DNA from: Eledone cirrhosa
Taxonomy: Eukaryota
Assembly: GCA_964016885.1 (NCBI GenBank)
Contig: OZ024740.1
Span: 298,096,001-298,160,000, forward strand
DNA: 64,000 nucleotides
Direction of reading: 5' to 3'
Shown here: positions 49,905 through 61,981 of the stretch, one piece after another
Position numbering within the stretch: the stretch's first letter is position 1
Layout of the letters: the number at the start of each line of letters is the position of its first letter
Notes under the pieces: model-generated
What the model saw: only the letters and a program-made list of their open reading frames with translations
Told to the model about the DNA's origin: nothing
Database searches by the model: none
Position numbers and translations under genes: made by a program

Positions 49905-52900
49905 CCATGCGACCCTCAGTTCCTACCTCACAATTTCCCTCCCCCCCACCCCCACTCACCACCATAGTCTATTCGACCAATCAAACCTAGCATGCCATTT
50001 CCACTGCTGCTGCTGCTACTACCTGCCTAACTAACTCTCTCCTCCTCTGGCGCATCCCAACACACCCTGCCATTACCCCACCACCACTGTCCTTCTAGCC
50101 CTCAATTTTCCCACCGTTATGGATGGATGAGCTGGGAATACACGAGCAACTCTGAATCAATAGATGAAATATGAATCTGCGAGCTACCAAGCACCCACGT
50201 GAAGCGCCAACCCAGAGACCCTCCCCTACGAGTGTCGACAAATGCCCAAAACTCCGAGTTGGTACCATCAATGTAGGCTCAATGAAAGGAAGAGCAGGAG
50301 AAATCGTAGAAATGCTAGAGCGAAAGGAAGTTGATGTATGCTGTGTGCAAGAGACTAGATGGAGAGGAGGGTCTGCTAGAGTCCTTGTAGGAAAAAGCCA
50401 GTGCTACAAATTTTTCTGGGTGGGAAATGACGATGGGATGGGTGGTGTAGGTATACTATTAGCTGACAAGTGGGTAGATAAAGTAATCTCAGTGTACAGG
50501 GTAAATGCAAGAATCATTAAACTCAGACTAGTCCTGAATAAGACAATTACCACAATAATATCAGCTTACGCACCCCAATCGGGGCTGCCAGACGAACTTA
50601 AGGATAGGTTTTACGAGTCCCTAATACACACTACTGCTCTAACAGACGACAAGGACTTCCTAATCATTGCAGGAGATTTTAACGGACACGTAGGTAAACA
50701 CTGCGACGGCTTCAATAGAGTACATGGAGGCCATGGAGTTGGCACAAGGAATGAGGAAGGATTCAGACTTCTAGAATTCTGCGACGCCAATGACATGTCG
50801 ATATGTAACACAAACTTTAAAAAACCCGACAACCACCTGATCACCTATAGATCAGGGGAGCACTCTAGTCAGTTAGATTTTATCCTCATCAGAGGACATG
50901 ACAGATGGACGGTCGTAAACACAAAAGCCTTCCCTAGTGAGGAATGTACATCCCAACATAGCTTAGTTGTCAGCGACCTCACGGTCAGAACTAGACGAGC
51001 CCTGAAACAGAGGCCAACCTGGAGAAGAAAGATCTGGAAGCTGAAAGTCCCCTCAACCAGTAACAGATTTAAAGATATTTTACTCAACGCCTACGACAGT
51101 AAAGAAGAACAGATAGAGACATTTAACGTAGAAGAGAACTGGGAGTTCCTAAAAAATAACTTACTAGAGGCGACGGATGAGGTTTGTGGCTGGAGTAAGA
51201 CCTCAAGCAGGAGGAGAGTGACTTGGTGGTGGAACAATAAGGTAGATGAAGCAGTCAAGGCCAAGAGACAGGCATGGAAAGAATGGAAGAACGGGGGGAG
51301 CAGGGTACATTACATAGAGACCAAGAGGGAAGCTAGGCGACAAGTATACTTAGCTAGGAGGGAAGCAGAGGATAGAAAATTCAAGCATGTTTTACAACGT
51401 GAGGACCAGAAACAGGAGGTATTCAAGATTGCGAGGCAGTGTGTCAGAGATAGTTGTGATGTCATTGGAGAGAAGTGTATCCGGAATGATAAAGGTGAGC
51501 TTGCCCTCACAAGTGCTGAGAAGAAAGATGCATGGAAGAGTCATTATGATAGATTACTAAATGAGGAGAATGCATGGGAAGAAGAGACCCTACCCCACGT
51601 AGACCCTATAGAGGGACCAGCAGTACAAGTCAGCGGCAGCGTAGTAAGTAAGGCAATCAGAGATATGAAGATAGGGAAGGCAACCGGTCCATCGGGTATA
51701 GCTGCCGAGATGCTGAAGGCATCTGGGTCTGTAGGTCACACTATAACCACACGTATCGTTAACCAGGTAATACTAGAGGGGGCCATACCAAAAGATTGGT
51801 GCAGTAGCATCATTGTCAACTGCTACAAAGGTAAAGGCGATGCACTAGATAGAGGGAACTATAGAGGTATAAAGTTGATGGACCAGGTCATGAAAGTAAC
51901 AGAAAGAGTTATAGCACAGCTGATTAGGGACCGGGTGAATATAGACGAGATGCAATTTGGGTTTGTTCCAGGGAAAGGCACCACTGATGCGCTCTTCCTT
52001 GTGAGGCAATTACAGGAAAAGTACCTAGCTAAAAGTAAGCCACTCTACTTGGCATTTGTCGACCTTGAGAAAGCCTTTGACAGAGTTCCACGTGCAGTAA
52101 TCTGGTGGGCTCTTAGAAAACTAGGAGTAGATGAATGGCTTGTGAAAGCGGTACAAGCCATGTATAGGGGAGCAGTCAGCAAAGTTAGGATTGGCAATGA
52201 GTATAGCGAGGAATTTAGCGTACAGGTTGGGGTCCACCAGGGCTCTGTTCTTAGCCCTCTCCTGTTCATCATAGTCCTGCAGGCAATAACGGAGGAGTTT
52301 AAGACCGGATGCCCATGGGAACTCCTGTATGCTGATGACCTCGCACTCATAGCTGAATCTATGGTAGAACTAGAGAATAAATTCCAAACCTGGAAGCAGG
52401 GACTAGAGAGAAAGGGCCTCAAAGTCAACATGACAAAGACTAAGGTCCTTATAAGTAGACGAGAAAACAGAACCCAGATCCCCTCAGGGAAATGGCCTTG
52501 CTCAGTATGTAGGAAAGGTGTAGGTAGGAACTCCATTCTCTGCCCCAAATGCAAACAATGGGTACACAAGAGATGTAGCGGGATCTCAGGAAGCTTAATT
52601 AAGAATGTAGGATTCACATGCAGCAGCTGTGCTGAAACAGCAAGCAAACAGCCACAGGAAACAAGTACCACCAATCTCTGGGAGGGCCCTGTAGAAACAG
52701 TAGACAGCTTCTGCTACCTAGGTGACCGAATTAGCAACGGAGGTGGGTGCTCAGAAAGTACAATAACTAGGGTAAGAACGGGATGGAAGAAGTTTAGGGA
52801 ACTACTACCACTGCTAGCTGCAAAAGGCTTCTCCCTCAGAATGAAAGGCAGACTGTATGATGCGTGTATCCGAACAGCGATGTTGCATGGTAGTGAGACC

Positions 52901-53593
52901 TGGGCGCTGAAGGTGGAAGACTTACGTAGATTAGAGAGAAACGAAGCCTGCATGCTCCGATGGATGTGTAACAGTAATATACGTGAACGACAAAGCATAA
53001 ATGAATTGAGAGAGAGACTGAGCATAAGAGGAATCAAATGCTGCGTGCAGGAGAGGCGGTTACGCTGGTATGGACATGTGATGCGTATGAAGGATGACAG
53101 CTGCATAAAAAGGTGCAGAGCACTAGAAGTTGATGGAAACCGCGGAGTGGGGAGACCCAAGATGACTTGGGATGAGGTGATAAAAGCCGACCTTACCCAA
53201 CTACACCTCTCAAAGTCAATGACACACGACCGTGACTTCTGGCGTCACGCAGTAATACAGGGTACCCGACCTCCCATGGGTACATGCTGAAGCATATAAA
53301 CAATATGCCCCCCCCCCCCACCGCAAGGTGGTCGTGGAGGTGCCACGGCAAAAAAGCACCCAGCCCACACTGTAAAGTGGACGTGTAGGCGCCACGAAAA
53401 AGCACCCAGCACTCACTGTAAATGAGGTTGGTGTTAGGAAGGGCATCCAGCTGTAGAAATCAAGCCAGATCAGTTCCTGTATGAGCAAGGCATGGTCAGC
53501 CGACCAGACACTGCCCACAACAGGACAACCCGTCTAACCCATGCTAGCGTGGAAGAACGGACGTAAAACGGTGATGATGATGATGATGATGAT
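49905..53593 (+). mobile_element. Near full-length RTE-clade LINE with (GAT)n tail
   Basis: C-rich 5' UTR, a single long ORF, and a 3' UTR ending AACCCATGCTAGCGTGGAAGAACGGACGTAAAACG followed by (GAT)n. No clear TSD. Confidence 0.9.
50171..53290 (+). CDS. RTE LINE polyprotein: APE endonuclease + reverse transcriptase + inserted PHD-like finger (1039 aa, intact)
   Basis: GTINV, VQETRW, SAYAPQ, AGDFNGH, QLDFIL, NYRGI, QFGF, FVDLEKAFD, GVHQGSVLSP, YADD, FCYLG, RRLRWYGHV. Confidence 0.95.
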   Translation: MNLRATKHPREAPTQRPSPTSVDKCPKLRVGTINVGSMKGRAGEIVEMLERKEVDVCCVQETRWRGGSARVLVGKSQCYKFFWVGNDDGMGGVGILLADKWVDKVISVYRVNARIIKLRLVLNKTITTIISAYAPQSGLPDELKDRFYESLIHTTALTDDKDFLIIAGDFNGHVGKHCDGFNRVHGGHGVGTRNEEGFRLLEFCDANDMSICNTNFKKPDNHLITYRSGEHSSQLDFILIRGHDRWTVVNTKAFPSEECTSQHSLVVSDLTVRTRRALKQRPTWRRKIWKLKVPSTSNRFKDILLNAYDSKEEQIETFNVEENWEFLKNNLLEATDEVCGWSKTSSRRRVTWWWNNKVDEAVKAKRQAWKEWKNGGSRVHYIETKREARRQVYLARREAEDRKFKHVLQREDQKQEVFKIARQCVRDSCDVIGEKCIRNDKGELALTSAEKKDAWKSHYDRLLNEENAWEEETLPHVDPIEGPAVQVSGSVVSKAIRDMKIGKATGPSGIAAEMLKASGSVGHTITTRIVNQVILEGAIPKDWCSSIIVNCYKGKGDALDRGNYRGIKLMDQVMKVTERVIAQLIRDRVNIDEMQFGFVPGKGTTDALFLVRQLQEKYLAKSKPLYLAFVDLEKAFDRVPRAVIWWALRKLGVDEWLVKAVQAMYRGAVSKVRIGNEYSEEFSVQVGVHQGSVLSPLLFIIVLQAITEEFKTGCPWELLYADDLALIAESMVELENKFQTWKQGLERKGLKVNMTKTKVLISRRENRTQIPSGKWPCSVCRKGVGRNSILCPKCKQWVHKRCSGISGSLIKNVGFTCSSCAETASKQPQETSTTNLWEGPVETVDSFCYLGDRISNGGGCSESTITRVRTGWKKFRELLPLLAAKGFSLRMKGRLYDACIRTAMLHGSETWALKVEDLRRLERNEACMLRWMCNSNIRERQSINELRERLSIRGIKCCVQERRLRWYGHVMRMKDDSCIKRCRALEVDGNRGVGRPKMTWDEVIKADLTQLHLSKSMTHDRDFWRHAVIQGTRPPMGTC

Positions 53594-53654
53594 ATGTGTT
53601 CATATTTTCATTCAGTAAGGATTTGTAATGGTATTTATACAACTGTGAATGATA

Positions 53655-53842
53655 AAAATAGAATTATAAGCTTTCGTCGTATTTTGACTACAGAAAATAA
53701 TCCTATAAATATAGCATATAAATCCACGTAACGGGGAAAATGAGCATCAGCACACATGGTTGCCACTTTTTTCCGTTTCTGGGGCTTCTGTGCTTTGTTA
53801 TTAGATTATTTTCTGTAGTCAAAATTCGACGAAAGCTTATAA
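53655..53842. repeat. Foldback/MITE-like element with ~48-bp inverted arms
   Basis: AATTATAAGCTTTCGTCG.ATTTTGACTACAGAAAATAATC mirrored at ~53794-53834. Confidence 0.85.
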
Positions 53843-54033
53843 TTATATTTTCATATATATATAAGCAGGGTGTATTTCAAATTGAGTGATTAACTACACG
53901 AGTTTTTCCTTTCGTCCCAGTTTTCGTTTCGTCTATTTTCCGAGGAAGGACTAACGTCTGAAAAGTTAAGAATCTGTTTCTACTATATCAAGTATTAAGC
54001 TAATTTATATCGTCATTGTAACGTATTATTCTT

Positions 54034-54104
<71 letters not shown>

Positions 54105-54186
54105 TTATATATATATATAGTTTTCATTTGTTCCAAAAGCAAAGTAACTATTCTAATATTCTGATGTTTTTAAAATGTTATTGCAG

Positions 54187-54300
54187 GCAAACTAAAGAAG
54201 AACAATGGAGTCGTTCTAACAGATATATACTCGATTTCTGACAAACTTCCACCGCAAGATCTGACTGCATTTAAGGATAAAGAGAAAATGGATACAGAAA
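54187..54300 (+). CDS. Candidate internal host exon (114 nt, phase 1-1): xKLKKNNGVVLTDIYSISDKLPPQDLTAFKDKEKMDTE
   Basis: TTGCAG acceptor, GTAAGT donor, length divisible by 3, only one open frame. Confidence 0.5.
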
Positions 54301-54487
54301 GTAAGTAGTTGTTTAACAACTCTTTAATATGTATACATATAAACCAGTGGTAATTTTAAGGTATACTTGACCCGGCATGTATAGTTCTATTTTGTGCCAT
54401 AAGTTAACATTTTGTGCAGAAAGTTCATATATGCACTAATACGTCATCTTCAACATTCGATAATCAGAAAAAGGTAAGTAGGTGTCA

Positions 54488-54945
54488 AACCTTACCTATG
54501 GTCGTGAATCTTGGGTAATGACCGAAAGAATACGATCACGAATACAAGCGGCCGAAATGGGGTTTCTCCGAAGGGTCTTTGGAGTAATGTTACTCGATAG
54601 AGTGCGTAGCTCGGACATCAAATAGTTACTCCGAGTAGAGCCGCTACTTCTCCGAATTGAGAGATTACATCACCGATACTACGGGCATGTGGTTAAAATG
54701 TCTCAGGAAAAAATCGCTGGACAGATTTTACGGGAAAAACCAGCCAGCAGGAGACCCAGGTGTAATTCCAGAGCAAGATGGTTGGATAACATCAACGAGT
54801 TTGGCTGGTCTCGCTTAGGAATCCAGCCGGATCAATTGGAAACAGTTGTTTCTGACAGGACCCACTGGATGGAGTGTTTGAGGACTCTGCCCCTCGACCC
54901 TCTCAGAAGAAGTTTACACATGCGCTTATATGGTAAATGATGGTT
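54488..54945 (+). mobile_element. Rex3/Expander-like RTE 3' fragment
   Basis: LTYGRESWVMTERIRSRIQAAEMGFLRRV..DRVRSSDI..VEPLLLRIER..YYGHVV..RRPR..RW. Confidence 0.85.
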
Positions 54946-55099
54946 AAAATTATTAAAACATCCATAAAAGGTTTTAAAATAATCATTATAAAAGCTTCTC
55001 ACAAATACGTCGCCATGGATGTGTGCTTTATTAACTTCCGAAGAATGGAAGTCGACGTTGACCTCAGTAAAATGTCGATCAACAATATTTTACAAACAA

Positions 55100-55380
55100 A
55101 AGTTATACAATGATGGAAAATATTTTTTTAAAAAAGATAAAAACAAAATTAAGTAATGAAAAAAGGGGTTAAGGGGTAAAAAAAAAAGGCAGATCTGGCT
55201 GTATAAGAAAGGGGGGGGGGGTGAGTAATGACTATAGGGAAAGGACATGGAAAAAAAGAGAGGGGAGGGGAGAGGGACACAGACTACAGCTAGGTCGAGG
55301 CGGTTTTTCGGCTGCACCCCGCGGACAATGCCCACTCAACCTGGCGGGGCTCCTTTCTCAGACGGGCTGCTGACTTCAAC
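55100..55380 (-). mobile_element. CRE-clade 3' remnant with an internal deletion
   Basis: ARLRKEPRQVEW|ALSAG resembles 24480-24590, followed by a pyrimidine-rich 3' UTR. Confidence 0.5.
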
Positions 55381-55469
55381 AAGGCATTGTATCCGATGTA
55401 TGAGTGTGTTTTGTGTACACACACACACACACATATATATATATAAAAATAATATACACAAAGGATGAA

Positions 55470-56820
55470 GGGCCAGACGTCCGGAATGAACAATATAACG
55501 ACAGAACGTGCAACTGCAGAGCGGGCACACAGTGCCCTCTTGCAGGGAAGATGCCTAACGAAGGGCCTAGTATATAAATGTGGTTAGCACGCACAATATA
55601 AAGTGCACCTATATCGGCGCAACATCCACGACCTTTAAATCGCGGATGTATAACCACACAAACTCTTTCAAAGACCGGAGCAAGAGGCACTCTACTAGGC
55701 TGGCGGACCTGGTGTGGGACTTGAAAGACAAGGGCACCCTGTATGACCTCAACTGGCGTATCGTTCGGCACGCGAATGCATATTCGGCTGGAAATAAACA
55801 GTGTAGGCTATGCCTATCCGAGGCCATGGAGATAGTCAGACTGAACGATGATGCGGTCAACCGGAAATCGGAAATAATCATGACGTGCAGACACCAGAGA
55901 AGGTGCACACTCTCCGCATGGAATCCACCGGGCAGCCCAAGCTAAAGGCATGCGGGGGAGCGCACGCAGACCAGAGCGACGAAACGAGTTCAAGGGATCA
56001 GACACCATACCTTGTTGACTATATATGCCCCGTGGGGTAAGCCGAAATAACCCAGGATGCCTACCCGACTCTGCACGTCACCCTAGGCAAAAACATCGCC
56101 TGAGCTGGGACAGGTTGACCCGGATTCCTTTGATATTCAGTCCAGTGCCTTACATCAATAAGACACTATACCTCAACCACAGTGACATACTCCAGTATGG
56201 CCTGTCCAAGCACCCTCCTGCATGTGTATCTTTTCAGTAGAGAGTGCATACTCTCCACGCATTCCATTTTGTAAAAACTTAATGTATTTTCCGTATACAG
56301 ACCCACGTGTGTATCTCATACTTCTCTTGTGTACTATCTCATATGCATACACGTTCCTTTTTTTTTATATATATATTCTGCACGCATTTTCTATGTACGG
56401 TCTACGCATACTATTTACTGTGATACCATGAACGCACATGATGAGGCTTTGCGTGAGGATTCCATACGTGGATTGATCCATGTTCCCAACGTAACATCTG
56501 TGTAGGCACATATAACAAGGTGCACCCTTTCATGTATAGCCCACTGTGTATCTTTATGTGCCGTTATATGTATATTTTTTTTATATTTTTATACATTTAT
56601 ATATATATATTTTTTTTTTTCCTGAGTCCTGTATTTTCGTTGCTGTGGAAATGCGGCTGGACTGCCGATCGCTATATTTGATTTGCTAAGCTGTCTAAAC
56701 GTATTGTTATTACTCTGGGTTGCTATTCCTATTCGAGAGCTAAAGCTTCATACCGAATTTGCATTCGTTAGCTTGGCCGCAAACTAAAGCTTCGTTAATG
56801 CTGTACTAAAATTTGCATAT
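55470..56820 (+). mobile_element. Penelope-like (Naiad-type) 3' fragment: GIY-YIG endonuclease (to 55945) + 3' non-coding region
   Basis: CNC..CPL..C..LVY..YIG..FKSR..NH..SF..W.LK..W.I..CRLCLSE..NRKSE..CRH, with frameshifts. The 3' end (56688-56820) recurs at ~48693-48820. Confidence 0.8.
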
Positions 56821-57373
56821 ATATATATGTATGTATGTATGTTTTTAATATATTTATAACAAGATGCATCCTTTCATGTATGACCCATTGTGTATCTTTA
56901 TATGACTTTGCGTGTATATTCTGTTTATGTATATATATTTTTTTTTTATGCGTGCGTAGGTGTGTATATGAATATGTGCATATTTGTAAGAGTGTATATG
57001 AGCCGGTGTGTGTGTGTGTGTACAAGCACCCGTGTAGGAAAAGGGCTTGCTTGTGTGTATATATGTGTGTGTTTGCGAGCGAGTGTGTATCTGTGTGTGT
57101 ATATTTGTATATGGGTACGTGTATATGTGTGTGCGTGGGTGGAGGGGGGGGGGGGGGGTCTATGTATATGTCTGTACGTGTTTGTGTGTACGGGTATATA
57201 TACGCGTGTGCATGTGTATGCACATGTATGTGTGTGTGAGTATGTTGATGTATGTGGGCATGTGTCTGTGTGTACGTGCCTCTCTGGATGCATGTATGCG
57301 TATGTTTATATGTTCTTTTTAAATGTGTGTGTATAGCGGGCATCTATGCGTACGACTGTCATTATCTCTGTGC

Positions 57374-57482
<109 letters not shown>

Positions 57483-57525
57483 CGTGGATGTGTGAACAAC
57501 CAAACACAACAGTAATTTATTGAAG

Positions 57526-58083
57526 TGTAGCAGACATGGGACAGACAACGCCCTGATGGTCAGCGGACTGCTACCTGTGGTCAGAATTATGATGACGTCG
57601 ACAACCAGCGGCCAATCACAGGACGCGCGAAGAGGATGAAGTTTTTGACGGTACTGGCCCAGAGGGTCAGATACCCCAGTGAGAGAATATGCTCCGAAAT
57701 CATTAGACGTGTCCGTCGAACCTGCGGGCCCAGAATCAGACAGATCCACACAATGATCGCGTCTCGAGCTGTCCGCCGGCGAAACAATTGTAACACACAA
57801 TAAATTGAGTTCAGATTCATCACTGATTTTTCGTTTTCTATTCTAGCATACTTGTACTTGTACTTGTGTCGACATTCACCCTGGACGGGTTGAGCCGGCT
57901 TCTTCCCTTGTCCTGGCGGCATCCCGAACTATGACAGGTGGAGAATGAAAGAAACCAAATATACGTCTTGATCGGTCGTCAGACAGAGATGTTATCTGTC
58001 TGACCACCGATCCAGACGTATATTATTATTGTCTGAGATCCAGAAACCTTTGGTAATGGAGTAGTTATATTTTGTGTTGCTCA
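57526..58083. mobile_element. Probable solo LTR with an internal ~65-bp hairpin (57959-58023)
   Basis: TGTAGCA...TGCTCA termini, CCAATCA, AATAAA, and a sharp junction with the RTE. Confidence 0.5.
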
Positions 58084-59745
58084 CGGCAGCCCACGCACGA
58101 CGGTCCCGGGCTAGGTCACTGGAGATAGCGAGCCAGTCCCGGTTCCATCGGAACAGACCGACCACCTGCGGACCTGAGAGTTCGGAGAGGTCCTCCTTGA
58201 TCGTCGTTGCCCAGGTCTTCATATGCCCGCCAACGCGCTTGCGCCAGTTAGGGAGTGGAGGTGAGAGGAGAACATTGCGGTTCAGCTCACCCTCAGGGCG
58301 CCGGGCTGCGTGACCAAACCATCTCAAGCGCCGTTGCAGAAGCACTGAAGGAAGGGGTCGAAGATTCAGGCGAAGATGAAGACTGGTGGTAGGTACCCGA
58401 TCAACGCGTCGGCAGCGAAGAATGCGGCGGAGACAGTCATTGTCGAAGACCTCCAGCCCCCGTTGATCAACTACCCCCATAGGCCATATTTCACAGACAT
58501 AGAGGAGGATAGTGCAAACGACGGCCTGGTATATTCGCCCTTTGGTCGCCGAGGTGATCTCTCTTCTGTCCCACAGACACCGCTGGAGGCGCCGAAAAGC
58601 GGATCTGGCAGCATCTATGCGACGCTGACCACGGCTGCGCCCTGTCCCGTTGGAACCACTGTTGAGCCCAGGTAAACGAAGGACTCCACATCCTCCAGGT
58701 CACACCCTTGAGAGATATTGGCTGCCAGGCATCAGGCGAGACCAATGACGTCATGACTTTCGACTTGGCGGCATTGATTCGTAGACCAACAGCGGCGGCT
58801 GCAGTGTGCACTCTTTCGAGAGCACCTTGTACATCTGTCCCGTTAGCGCCCATCAGCACGATGTCATCCGCGTAGGCCAGGTCCGTCACCACGACCCCTC
58901 TCCCAACCTCTACGCCCGAGTAATCCCGGAGCGCTGTGTTAAGAGTGTAGTCAATGGCGTAGTTAAAGAGAGTTGGCAATAGCGCACACCCCTGCCGAAC
59001 ACCGGTCCCAACATCGAACGACTCCGCCTCCCCACCATAGACTCTCACTCGATCCCGAGTCGACCGGTAGTAGCCTTGTATGAGACGAAGCAGCTTCACT
59101 GGAATGCCGTCCGCCTGCATTATACGCCATAGGGCTTCCCGATCTACCGAGTCGAAGGCAGCTGCAAAGTCGATGAAGCAGAGGACGGTAGGCTGTTGAT
59201 GTGCCCATCGTTGTTCCAGGACACGCCGGAGAATGAAGATTTGATCAACGCACCCCCTCCCCGGACGAAAGCCGCCCTGGGAAGGACGGGTACGGACATC
59301 ACGGATGGCCTGGAACCTCTTCAGCAGAAGAATTGCGAAGGTCTTGGCAGCAACGTCAATTAAACTGATACCTCTGTAGTTGGAACACAGTTTCCTGTCG
59401 CCCTTTTTGAAGAAGGGTAGGAGAGTTGCCTCACTCCAGTCACCAGGGAACCGCTCCGTCGCCCACCCCGAGGAGAAGACTCGATGGAGCCAAGCTGCGA
59501 AGACATCAGGCTCGGCCTTGTAGACCTCAGCTGGAACGCCATCCTCGCCCGGCGCCTTGTTGTTCCGGAGATGTGTCAGGACACCACGTACCTCCTCGAC
59601 CTTTGGAGGGGCAGTGCTGCACCTGTATTCTTCTCCGGAAGGCTGCACGTAGGTTAGCGTGGATGGTGGCGGGTGGTTGAGCAGCTCGGAGAAATGGTCC
59701 CGCCATCGGAATAGCCGTTTTTTCCCCTCGTTCGGGATATACATG
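58084..59745 (-). pseudogene. GC-rich RTE-clade LINE, RT and C-terminal part (frameshifted, 3' end lost)
   Basis: RWRDHFSELLN, KAPGEDG, NYRGISL, QGGFRPGRGC, FIDFAAAFDSV, GVRQGC, YADDI, RRLRWFGH. Confidence 0.92.
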
Positions 59746-60960
59746 CGGGTTTTTGGGGGACCGCTTGTGAATTCACTACTCCCATGACACTTCTTCCACG
59801 AATCCTATAAATACGAACTATGAATACGAATTGCCTTCCCGCTAAGAACGCAATGCAAAGCAACAGCGCTCCTACCGCTATGGCTCTACAGACTACTCCC
59901 GCAGTAGTCCCGCTCTTCAGACGAAGGAAGGAATTGTGGGAGGCGTGCTGGAACGTCCGAACACTTCGTGACGACGGTGTCCAGGCACTTACAATGAAGG
60001 CTCTGCACAGGTACTGCGTTAATGTCGCTTGCCTTTCAGAAGTTCGACTTCCCGATGTTGGTCATCTTCCGATCAAAGTTCCTGGCGAGGACATCTCCTA
60101 CCACTTGTACCATAGTGTCGTGACTGACAACAGTGGGCTTCACGGGGCCGCTGTAGCGCTGAGCGGCTCTGCTGGCGTGGCAGCCGATCTCACACCGACT
60201 GGCGCTGGTTCGATTGAAGGGTCAAATCTCCAACGTCAGCGTAATTGCCGTCTACGCTCCCACACTCAATGCGGACGAGGCGGACAAGACGATCTCCAAA
60301 CAATCGTGGATGGCGTACCCTCCAGTGATGTTCTCATTGTCGCTGGGGACTGGAATGCGCGGACGGGACCGGCTGATGATACAACACGCCATATTCTAGG
60401 ACGCTTCGCCCTAGGCGTACGCTGTGACAATGGTGAACGGCTCGTGTCCTTCGCGGATGCCAATCGTCTTATCGTCACCAACACCCGGTTCCGACATCCT
60501 CGGCGTCACCTCGTCACGTGGCGATCCAATGACGGAAGGTCGGCCAATCAGATTGACTACATCCTGGTCAGATCTCGGTGGGCCAGCTCAGTGATGGACT
60601 CGGTGCGTTTCGGGGGGGGGGGGGGCTGATACGGGCAGTGAGCATGGGTCAGACCATACTCTTGTTCGAGCAACCCTTCGTCTGAGGCTGCGGGCGAAAC
60701 CTCCTCCCAACCGCCAGAAAAGGATCGACATCTCGCGACTCAAGCTCGATGCTGGAAATGCTTTCCTGCTAGAGCGGCGAAACCGATTCCAAATGCTGAG
60801 TAACGAAGCGGAACAGCAACCGGAGCAGGAGTGGAACGCGCTCAGGACGGCGACGGTTGAGGAGGCCAGGGAGCATCTCTGGTCGACCCAAAGACGCCAT
60901 CGGGACTGGATCTCCGGCGGTACTCTTGAACTCGCGGAGAGGGCGAGAGTGGCCCGACTC
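59746..60960 (+). pseudogene. GC-rich RTE-clade LINE, inverted 5' part (APE endonuclease)
   Basis: WNVRTL, LSEVR, VYAPT, AGDWNA, NGERL, TWRS, QIDYIL, SDH, WIS..TLEL, with frameshifts. Confidence 0.9.
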
Positions 60961-61981
60961 GAGCCCCGATCTCACTAGCTTTGCCCGCGTATCTTTCGTC
61001 GGTAACCTCGTGCCGCGTCCTCGTCAGTAGGGTTCTTCAAAACACAACAGAACCCTCTGTGTTCAAAGAACGTGAGGCCGCCTGTGAGACGTGGGACCAG
61101 CTGGGACTTAGTCCAGTAGACGTCCCTCCTCCTTCTCCCCCTGTTGACGTCAAGTCCCCCAACGCACTTGGGATGTCATCCAGTGCAGCCTGGCCTCAGA
61201 CAGGCTCACGCGCCAGCTCGACCAGCACCGCCTTGCTTGTTTTCGTGCGGCCGCCAAACCCCACAGTGGTGCCTGGCTCCATGCCCTGCCCTCCTTCTCC
61301 ACTGGCACGTAGCTAGACAACCATAGCCTGCGAATCGGCGTTTCCAAGAGGTTCGGCCTCCGGATCTGCCAGTCACACCAATGTCGCTGCGGTTCCACCG
61401 TGGACTCTTTCGGCCTCCACCCGCTTTCCTGTCGCCACAGTTCCGGCCGCATTCCACGCCATGCTGCCCTCAACGAGGTCATTAAGCATGGCTTGGACGT
61501 TGCAGGCTTCCCTTCCCAGCTCGAGCCGGTGAGGCTGGATCGAGGGGACGGCAAAAGGCCAGATGGCATGACCATCTTCCCGTTCCGCGGTGGCAAACCC
61601 CTCGTCTGGGATGCCACTTGCACCGGCACTTTCTGCAGCCGCAACCTGGTGCAGTCTGCGACTGACCCAGGTTCTGCTGCACGCCGGGCTGAGGGGGCCA
61701 AACTCCTCAAATACCGGTCGCTCCCCAACAGGTTTGCGGTCGTTCCCCTGGTAGTGGAGACTTCTGGTGTCCTCGGCCCCAGGGCTACCTCCTTACTCAC
61801 CACTTTAGGCGCTGAGCTGGCCAGCCGCAGGTGTGAGCCCCGCGAGTTGGAGTGGCTTTTCCAGCGCGTCTCTCTTGCCGTCCTCCGGGGAAACGCCTTC
61901 TCCATTCTGTCATCCGGGGCTGTGGGTGGGCCCCATCGCGATACAACACAATAAGGACTAAAGTGTTTTTAAAAAAAAAAA
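60960..61981 (+). mobile_element. 5'-truncated CRE-clade non-LTR retrotransposon with poly(A)
   Basis: SLALPAYLSS..SGAWLHALP..LRIGV..HQCRCG..HPLSC..RH..RPDG..WDAT..KY..VETSG..FQRVSLAVLRGN, stop at 61954, A-tail. Confidence 0.9.
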
